This document shows, piece by piece, positions 55,372-64,000 of a DNA stretch of 64,000 nt; within the stretch, counting starts at the first letter, position 1, and every line of letters begins with the position of its first letter. This DNA comes from Octopus vulgaris (Eukaryota): positions 81,716,001 to 81,780,000 of the forward strand of contig OX597826.1 of assembly GCA_951406725.2 (NCBI GenBank), in the 5' to 3' direction. A model generated the notes under the pieces. That model worked only from the letters and a program-made list of their open reading frames with translations, was not told where the DNA came from and searched no databases. Position numbers and translations under genes: made by a program.

Positions 55372-56463
55372 CTAGATAATAAACGCTATATATTTATGCA
55401 TCTCCTTAACTCTCTCTCTTACTGTATGTATGTATGTATGTATATATATATATATATAAATATATATATATATGTGTGTGTGTTTGTGTCGAATGTGGTG
55501 CATGTATATGTATGATGAACATCCGTATTCAGTACATTAAACACGGCGTGAACGAAGCAGTGTTATTGCTAGTTGCACCGGGAATACAATTAACTTTATC
55601 TAACAATAGATTCCAAATTCTGTACTCATATTCAGGCATGTAATATAATTTGCAAATGTATTCATGACAAGGGCCATTTCGCTGAAACTGTACTATTATA
55701 GATTGTAATTTTCATTCTCGAACATGTAAATACTTCACATCACTTTGTTCAGTCTTTGCATTAGATACGAGAGGATTGGAACGAGGTCATGCTTAATTGA
55801 TAGTAATTAGAGCCTAAATGCCGCTTGATATTTATCTTTCGAGTTTACTTTACAAAAGTGTAGAGAACAGGAGCGATAATTAGTGAAGATAAGACTATAC
55901 GAAATATAATAATTCTTAAATATGTTATTGTAAGACGCTCGCACAAAATATATTTTACACATGTTTCTAGTTCTGTAAATCGAAACGAAGAAAAACCATT
56001 ACACAAAAAATAAAAAGGATGTTTTATTCAATGGTAATGTAGATTTAGATAAATCATCACAGGCATTACTTTTTGAGTTCCATCCTAGTGTAAGGCCCGA
56101 TTAGAAAGTAACTTTGGACGATATTCTATCTACTCTGATTTTAAATCCCATCATAACCTGCGTAGGTGGTGCGCTTAGCAACAATTCAAGAAACACTCAG
56201 CTGTTTTATTCATTTTATCAACAAATTCTCAACTGAAGAGATTATTGGCTCTTCCTGTGCTTATGTATTTATTGTCCGATGGCAATATTCCTGAAAATGT
56301 AGCCAACCAACCATTCTTTCTATTGGAAATTATGTCTTCGCAACTGAAATCGTATAATCTGTTGGTAAAAGTTATGTTCGGCCTATAACTGCATCTTCAT
56401 TCGGGTGCAGCAGAAATTCATTATCTTCAAAACAAGGGACAGAAGCTTTTTAATCATTTTGTA

Positions 56464-56551
<88 letters not shown>

Positions 56552-57051
56552 CCTCTCTCTATCCACACACACATGTATGTGTGCGTGTGTGGGTGTCTAT
56601 ACATATGTGTATATGTGTGTTCTACAAGTGTTCCTCGAAATCAGTGACATGTGGGTTATATGATGATTTACTTCTGGTTTTAAATTTGTACTTCATATCT
56701 TCTATTATTCAGATTAAGTAACCCTCTGACAACCCTTTTCAAAATGGTAAGCCTTCAGTCGCATTCTTCGTATAAACGCATTGGTTTTTGTCTGTTAGAG
56801 TCTTTAAGAACTCCTTTTTTTATGTGAAAGTGGGATATCCTTGAGAGAAACGTCACTTTTTCCCCCATTTGAGTAATTTGTCCCAAGTCAACAATAAGGC
56901 AATTATATTTAAACATCAGAATAAAGATTTACTAATAAGAAATTATCAAGCCCGGCAAAATACATCTCTTAAGATCTCTACTAATACAAATATACCAGGT
57001 TAAAATTGTTTTTTTGACTGGTATAGAGTTCCAGGTAATCCTAAGGTGAGA

Positions 57052-57085
57052 TTTCTGTGGAAGAGCGTAGGCTCGAAACGTTAAA
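57052..57085 (+). ncRNA. Variant minimal hammerhead-like motif
   Basis: ttt-CTGTGGA-a-gagc-gtag-gctc-GAA-ACGT-T-aaa. Confidence 0.4.
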
Positions 57086-57172
57086 GACTTTTTCACTTCC
57101 GAGCGTTAAACTAATACATCTGTTTGTTGTCTACACCACCTGTCTTCGTCTTTTGTTTTTTGTAAATTCTCC

Positions 57173-57227
<55 letters not shown>

Positions 57228-57336
57228 TAGTGCGTGCATATGTGTGTGTGTGAATCTCGAATGGCTGTTTGTGGAAAATTATCTGAAAGAGATGATTCAG
57301 TACAATCAGATAATATAATAAGAAATTGCTGCCTAC

Positions 57337-57489
57337 CTTTTTGTTCCGAAATAAATTTAGCTTTAAATCCACGAAAATGTGCTTTATCATTTGTAATGAA
57401 TGTTATATACATTTTTCTGCCTGTGCTGATAAATTCGGGGGTGTCACTTCCGCACCACGACCCTAGTTTGGGGCTACGTGGAGTGCCAC
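57337..57489 (-). CDS. CUB-domain gene exon 3 (C-terminal third of CUB-A), 153 bp, phase 1-1
   Basis: ttcttgtag|GTGGC...AAAAG|gtaggc; GTPRSPKLGSWCGSDTPEFISTGRKMYITFITNDKAHFRGFKAKFISEQK shows the LG.WCG, STG..M.I.F..D and RGF.A.F CUB motifs. Confidence 0.92.
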
Positions 57490-58592
57490 CTACAAGAAAG
57501 TAAGAAATAACAAATTAGCTTATTTATTTTGCTATCGATCAAGAATTGAATTTTTAAATTTGTGAACCCGACCATATCAGTCTGGCCATCAGACTTCCAA
57601 GATTTAGGTCTTATTTGGCTGCTCTTGTTCGCTGATGGAATCACGGATAAGATATCGAACGGCCGGTGACGTATTTAGTTAAAAGGCTTTCTTACAGTGT
57701 CTGGTTAAGATCCCAGACTTAAAATCATCGCAGCTAATTCTGTTGAGGTAAAAATATCACAGGTAATTTTATTGCAACGTGGTTACAATGCGACATGATA
57801 ACAGAGTGAGGCAATACATCTTTGGTGAGATCAGTTCCAGGATTTCTCTCGACAGAATAAATATATCACGAAACAATGAAGTTATTTTTTATTTTCCCGA
57901 GAGTAAATGCTTTTCATATCATTGCTAATGAAAAATAAATTCGCAAGCAAAACTTATAGCTGTCAAATTTTCTCAATATTAGCAAGAAAAAAAAAAGTAA
58001 AAGATACTTTAAGAAATGAAATGGTAAAAATTGTTGATAGAATATAACATTTCAAATTTTAGAAGGAAAAATGCATTCTTAAATAATTTAGAATGTTACC
58101 ATTTTGACATTCAGTGACGACGAGTTAAATTTTTGCTGTTCTGTCTTCTGTCGTTTTTGATATTTTCATCTGTCGCTGGACGTCTTTCGTTTTGTTCGTT
58201 GTTCTTTCAGAAAAAAATTTAAAAACTTCCTAATCGCTGGATGAATTTCTATCTTCATGTTTTGTGTGTGTGTTGTATGTGTGTTTATGCGCTTGAATCA
58301 ATGTACACACACACACACACACACACACAGAGTTGTATAACTGTCTTTCTGTTTGTCTCTTACCATTTCATAATTGGTGTCTGCTTGTTTATGAATCCGT
58401 AACTAAGCAGCGAAAAGGGTAGAACAGCAGCATCAGAGAGTAAATAGGTAGACACACATGATTGATTAGCTTCGTCGCATGTCCAATGGCTGGAACATGT
58501 AAAACATACAAACACACATTCACAAACAACACACACACAGACAGACAGAGGAAGACATGAATAGATATGAAGTGTGTCGAGCAATCCCTTAC

Positions 58593-58717
58593 CGTCGTAT
58601 ACATGAACAACATCCTTAGAACAGTCAGTAGAATTCTCCATTTCTGTATCAAGCACCTTTAGTTTAACAATTTCCAGAGCATCATCTGTTGTGATTAACC
58701 AGTTACAGGATAAACTA
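58593..58717 (-). CDS. CUB-domain gene exon 2 (middle of CUB-A), 125 bp, phase 2-1
   Basis: ttttgcag|TAGTT...GACG|gtaagg; SLSCNWLITTDDALEIVKLKVLDTEMENSTDCSKDVVHVYD(G) shows the CxWxI, E...C..D and YDG CUB motifs. Confidence 0.92.
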
Positions 58718-58817
58718 CTGCAAAAGATCACAGAAATAACAAAACGATCATATCGTTATCTTTTTAGAGAGAGTGATACAATATATATATATTTTTTATT
58801 ATTTATTATTTTTTTTT

Positions 58818-59092
58818 ACGACCAGGCTATCAAATGTTACTCCACATCGCTGGTCACAATGCGCTTCGCATTGTTTTAGCCTTCAAATGACACCACCCCG
58901 CTGACTAAGCTTAGGCCGACAGAAGAAAGAGTGAGAGAAAGTTGTGGTGAAAGATTACAGCAGGGATCGCCACCACCTCTTGCTGGAGCCTCGTGGAGCT
59001 TTTAGGTGTTTTCGCTCAATAAACACTCACAACGCCCGGTCTGAGAATCGAAACCGCGAGTCTGCTTCTCTAACCAATGGGCCATTGTGCCT

Positions 59093-59094
<2 letters not shown>
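58818..59094 (-). mobile_element. SINE family 2 copy
   Basis: Colinear with 21156-21466. Confidence 0.8.
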
Positions 59095-59135
<41 letters not shown>

Positions 59136-59316
59136 GTATTGATATTCAGAAGACCCAAGATGGCAGATAAGGCTATGTAAGTGGTACCGGGGGACCGTAG
59201 TTAGACTCTCGGTTCGATAATAATACGTGTAAGGAATCTAATGCGGGTTGTGTCTGAGCATGAAATGAGACACAAGGCTGTGTGGAATTTATAGGTCATT
59301 TATAAAGAGATAGGTA

Positions 59317-59364
59317 GCCTTACAGCTGTTTCTGGGATATTAGGGATATCTCTTCATCAAAGAC
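59317..59364 (-). ncRNA. Hammerhead motif with a C3U core change
   Basis: gtct-TTGATGA-a-gagatat-cccta-atatccc-a-GAAA-cagctg-TA-aggc. Confidence 0.6.
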
Positions 59365-59656
59365 GATATGAGAGAGTTTACTAGAGGGAAACAATAGAGT
59401 TCAATATGAGGAGTTATGAGGAAGTATAAAGGGAAATAAGAGAATAAAAAAGAAAATAAAAGTAAAAATATAAGATGTTAGAGTTGCAGTTCCATTATCC
59501 AAGGAAAGTGGTGTGTAGAAATGGTAGAAAGTCTTCATGTCCATGGTATGCAGATTCCAATAGGAGTTCATATTTTGTTATTACGAGTAGATAGTATCCG
59601 ACGCACTGCAAAAGGTTATCGGTGGTGTTCCTTCTTCTGTGAACACACTTTATGTA

Positions 59657-62166
59657 TCGGGCCGCCGAATAAAAAGTAAGCAACGTTTTGAAGCATGAAA
59701 TTCATCACAATGTATTTCATCAATGCGGAAATGTTATTCACCAAAGTAAGTGTCATTAAAATCAACATATTTTTGCCAATGAGATACAAGTTTCTTGATT
59801 CTGGAGTTCTGGAGCTGATGAACTCTTTGAACGCACTTTCAGCATCGGTTTAACTTTTGAACTCCTTCTCTTTCAGGAAACCATCAAGGTGCTTCAAAAA
59901 GTGGTAGTCGGTAGGGGAAAGGTCTGGGGAATAAGCTGGGTGGGGAAGAACTTCGTAACCAAGTTCTTTCAACTTCTGGAGCATCATTTGCGAAACGTGT
60001 GGTCGACCATCGTTATGAAGAATGGTTGCCCCTCTTCTGTTGACCAGTCTGGAGCGGAGGAGTCGCAGTTTTTCGTTCATTTTGGAAATTTCATGGCAAT
60101 CTGTTTCTGCAGTAATGGTTTTTCCGAGGTTTAAGAAATTATAGTGGATGAGTCCAGCAGTACACCACCAAATAGTCACCATAATCTTTTTGAAGAGCTC
60201 AGGTTTAGGGAAGGTTTTCGGTGCTTCATTTTGCTCTAACCACTGCGAAAAACGTTTTTATTTATTGTACAGAATCCACTTTTCATCGCAAGTTACAATA
60301 AGGTCGAGCAATGTATTGGTCTGGTTACGGAGAAGCGACGAGCATATTTCACATCTACGCATTTTCTGATTTTCATTCAAATCGTGTGGTACCCATTTGT
60401 CGAGCTTTTTTGATTTCCCGATCACATGCAAATGGTCGCAGTCAGTTTTCTGGCTAACTAGAAGATCCATTGCTAGTTCTCGAGTGGTTTCACGTGGATC
60501 TTTCTCCATGACGGTCTTTAATTTACTGTCATCGATAATAGACGGGCGGCGTCTATTTTGCTCACGATCTTCAAGGCTCAGGTCTCCACTGCGAAATCGT
60601 TAAAACCATTTTCGAGATGACCACTCACTGGTCATTTCCTCACCAAAAGTTTCGTTGATATCGTCAGCAGTTTCAGCTGCTTGACATCGTTTTTTGAAGT
60701 TGAATAGCAAAATTGCTCGACTATCGTGCTTTGACAGTTCCATTTCAGATGATTGTAACAACGATTTCTTTATTGCCCACAGGAAGGGTTGGGGCTAAAC
60801 ATAGAGGGACGGTATAAAAATGGACAAAAACACAAAAGTGAGGCGGGAAAATAAACGAATGAGAACGATAGTATAAAAAAATGAATGGTTGAAATGGAGG
60901 TCACTCGGACCCCACAATCCAAGTGACTTCATTGAAACGTTTTTTAAAAACAATCATTTAAATCATCTCTTAATATGTCCATCTTTTAAAGGTACATAAT
61001 AGCTAACCGTTGACTTCAAGTCCCCTGGTATCTATTTCCTTTTGAGAGATGCCTACATTTGTCCCCCAAGTCTCTCTTAATCTTTGCCAGTTCTTTCTGT
61101 CCATGAATACACAATTAACATGACACGGAACTTCCTCACACCCTTCAATCGCCTCGTCCATATTGTTTATTTCCTCGCACAATTCCTTTATTGATTTATT
61201 GTAGAAAACAATGCAGCTTTTTGCACAGGATGGCGGTTCAGTGCACTTGTGTGTTTGTTGTTATAATCTCAGTGTCTGGTGGGGTAGGGTGACGGTTGGT
61301 GTCTGCAGAACACGTCTTCCAAGGTAAGTAGGCAGAAGTATTACCTCGTCCGTTTTCAGGGAGTCTTCAGAATGTTGCCTGGCCTTCTCCTCGGATGCAA
61401 ATCGCATCTCAACAGTAGCGTATTTTCTCCCTCTGGCAAGGTCGGTGACATCCTGCCAGATGGGTCTCAGAGCCTTCTCTACATGTAGATTTGTCACTAT
61501 TTCCAATTTCCTTGCCTCCCGACTATACGTTCTGTATTTGTGTGTCCCTTGCAGCTTTGTGTGTCCCTTGCAGCTTCCCTACCTCGTACCCCTCCCTTCG
61601 CAGGATTTCTTCATACTTTTTAACGGCTGCCTTCTTAAAACAAGTTTCTTCATCTTTTTCCTCAGTCGCAGCTGCAAAATTAATTTTTTTTCGACCTTCA
61701 TCTTTTCAATCTTCTGGTCTGCAATTTCCAAACCTTTCAGAAATTCCTCCTCAGACGTTGTTACGTCTGAATAATTCAAATCTTCATACATTATGAAAAA
61801 AAAAACAACAATAAATAATGCACATCCCCTTTCAAACAAGAGGGACAACGCTAACAAAACTGCCGTAAGGCAGCAAAAACAAGTGTCTCAAGACACAACA
61901 ATCAATAACCAATATAATTCCAATTTAACAATCCCTCACCAATCTTTCGAACGACGCACAAACAAAAGTAACGACCAAATCGGTCAGAGATGATTGTAAC
62001 AAGGGTGACAAAACAAAATCATTGCTAATTTTTTGGTGCATTTGGGCAAGTCTATGTCTGTATTACCAGACAATTACAAAAAGGTTTAAAAGAATTAAAA
62101 TCTCTGCAAAAATCCTGAACAAATTCTTCATGGTTCAAAACGTTGCTTAGTTTTTATTCAACCTGA
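59657..62166 (-). mobile_element. Mariner transposon with both TIRs, interrupted by a nested insert
   Basis: KWVPHDL, IVTCDEKWILY, HNDGRPH and HPAYSPDLSPTDYH; ATG at 60743. The left end GAATAAAAAGTAAGCAACGTTTTGAAGCATGAA matches the reverse complement of ~62127-62160. Confidence 0.9.
60762..61987 (-). mobile_element. Internally deleted non-autonomous retrotransposon (L1/Tx1-like ORF1 remnant) with 15-bp TSD
   Basis: Exact direct repeat AGATGATTGTAACAA at 60747-60761 and 61988-62002. RRM-like peptide ATVEMRFASEEKARQHS...LLPTYLGRR. 3' tail ...TGTGGGCAATAAAGAAAT. Confidence 0.75.
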
Positions 62167-62502
62167 GAGTAAACATTTCGTGAATGGCGAAATAGTGAGA
62201 GTACTTTGAGTCAAGAAACTTTTCAGTATATGATAGGAGGGGACACAGCAAAGTAGCAATTCCGTTGTACAAGACTTAGTCTGGATGGTATCCGTGTTCT
62301 TAATGTTTCCTAGATTTTTAAGAAGATTGTAATCACCAGGCAGCCATTTGTCAGTCATTGCTCGCAAAAATACAAGCGACAATGGAAATGCCACTCTGTT
62401 GTGTATTGTGTGTGTGCGAGTGTGCTTGCATGCAGGAGTGTGTGCATGTGTGGAGTATATATATCAGATAAGACAGAAAACAATTAAGCTAGAATTACTT
62501 AC

Positions 62503-62596
62503 TCAAGGTAATTGTCTGGATAATAAGGAGAAGTAATTGTTTGCCAGCTGTAAGGATGAGACGTATATGACGTCGTGGCTGTACAGATTTTGCTAC
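62503..62596 (-). CDS. CUB-domain gene, first exon in window (N-terminal third of CUB-A), 94 bp, phase 1-2
   Basis: Minus strand gtttgcag|GTAGC...CTTGA|gtaagt; translates (G)SKICTATTSYTSHPYSWQTITSPYYPDNYL(D), containing the CUB C...ITSPxYPxxY motif. The phase fits the next exon. Confidence 0.9.
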
Positions 62597-64000
62597 CTGC
62601 AAACACAAAACAAATATTACCATTATAAATACATCGTTAATAGAGAGTTAAAAATAATTAGTGTCATAGTAATTCACATCAAGGACAGGGGAGACAACTT
62701 CGAATTTAAATCCATCAAATCCATAGCGAGGAGAAAAACATTACATCAATGATTTATTCGGCAGGGAAAATAAGCCTCGATTATGGATTTATTAAGATTA
62801 GCAATAAGAACTAGAAATCATTTTAAAAGTACCGAGGTTTCCCATCCTTGACTTTATGATCCTAAGTTACTCATTCAAGTGACAGACTTTTTTCTCTCAT
62901 TAGTACGTGTGTATTTCTAATTCATTTACATTTATTTCATCGCTACATTGAATATCTCAGTTCTCGCTTTGCTGTTAATTCATCGTACAGCAGGCGTCCC
63001 TGGGCAATATTGGCCACCACCACCACCACCAGTAATTGTATTCCATTCTCAGATGACAACCAAAGTGATTTGCTGTATACAGATGATCTACGTTTTTAAA
63101 TTTAGCAGCTCAGGCTACTTGACATCTGCTTGGGGATCTTTAAATATCACAAAATTATGTTGTGCAAAGTAAATACAAATCCGCCAGGTTCTTACAAATG
63201 TAATAACACAGCGATCTGGAAACTCTCGATGAACCGAAAATTAGTCCAATTCGCAGACGAATCTTCCTCAAGAGGTGCTTAAAAGCTAAAGCAGCAAGCA
63301 AAGACAATAATGTCAATACAAACTGGATCTGATATTTGAAGTTATTAAAGAAGTATTTTGATGTTCAAAGAAAATGATTCGAAGGAAATTTGACTGATAA
63401 TTCTTATTAGTCGAGCGCCCGCATGGCGGCTCCATTGTTATGTAATTCCTGAAGAATGTAAAGAAGTATACAACAACGGAGTCAAATTACCCTGAAATCG
63501 TTTGGTGCTCACCTCATAACGAATAAGAAATATTTAACCAACACGAATAAATATATAAAAAAAATACAAAAAACACAGAAGAAACAGAACTCATCACCAA
63601 AAACGGTTTTATCTTTTGGGATTAGGATGAAATAATAATGTTTACCAGAACTGTTCGTACAATAACATGTTCTGCTCTCAGAACTTTGCCGACATTTATT
63701 CAAATGTAATTGTCTCCCATAAATCTGCTTTACAAAATGACAGAAGTTTGCAAAGTTTGCAATATTGTTATTGATCTCCACTTATTGATCTCGCAAAAGA
63801 CTCACTGTAACAATTCTTACAAATGTAGAGAGATGTTCAGTTTTTACAGAGAACATTGCATTGATACCTGTTATTCCCATGTCTTCACGAAGTGTTCACT
63901 CACTCTTCTCATTTAATTCCTCGCCAAATATTTTGTTTTGTTACGTTTCAGGTGTATCTGTTCATTTGTTTCGTCCCTCTCTCTATTTTCTACTTTATGA

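Overview
Eukaryotic, AT-rich, repeat-dense DNA. The SINE, LINE and microsatellite repertoire suggests an octopus or other coleoid cephalopod (inference). The only host gene I can support is a multi-CUB-domain gene on the minus strand, which the ORF track captures only as fragments. Five GT-AG exons (62503-62596, 58593-58717, 57337-57489, 11993-12080, 3576-3700) splice in frame into 195 codons covering one complete and one partial CUB domain, with a ~45 kb intron; the gene extends past both window ends. The introns hold one intact CR1/L2-type ORF2 (49171-52188), many decayed R4/Dong-type RLE retrotransposons lodged in (AAT)n tracts, Penelope-like element (PLE) relics, two mariners, a Helitron end, an RTE relic and three tRNA-headed SINE families. 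One mariner carries a nested 1.2 kb insert with a 15-bp TSD whose 3' tail matches a SINE tail. Non-coding structure includes several minimal hammerhead-ribozyme motifs (one with an intact core, sense to the host pre-mRNA, at 27796-27835), a ~310-bp foldback, a snap-back SINE palindrome and a five-unit headless SINE concatemer. Most listed ORFs are microsatellite artefacts. All calls were made by eye; no database search or folding computation was run.
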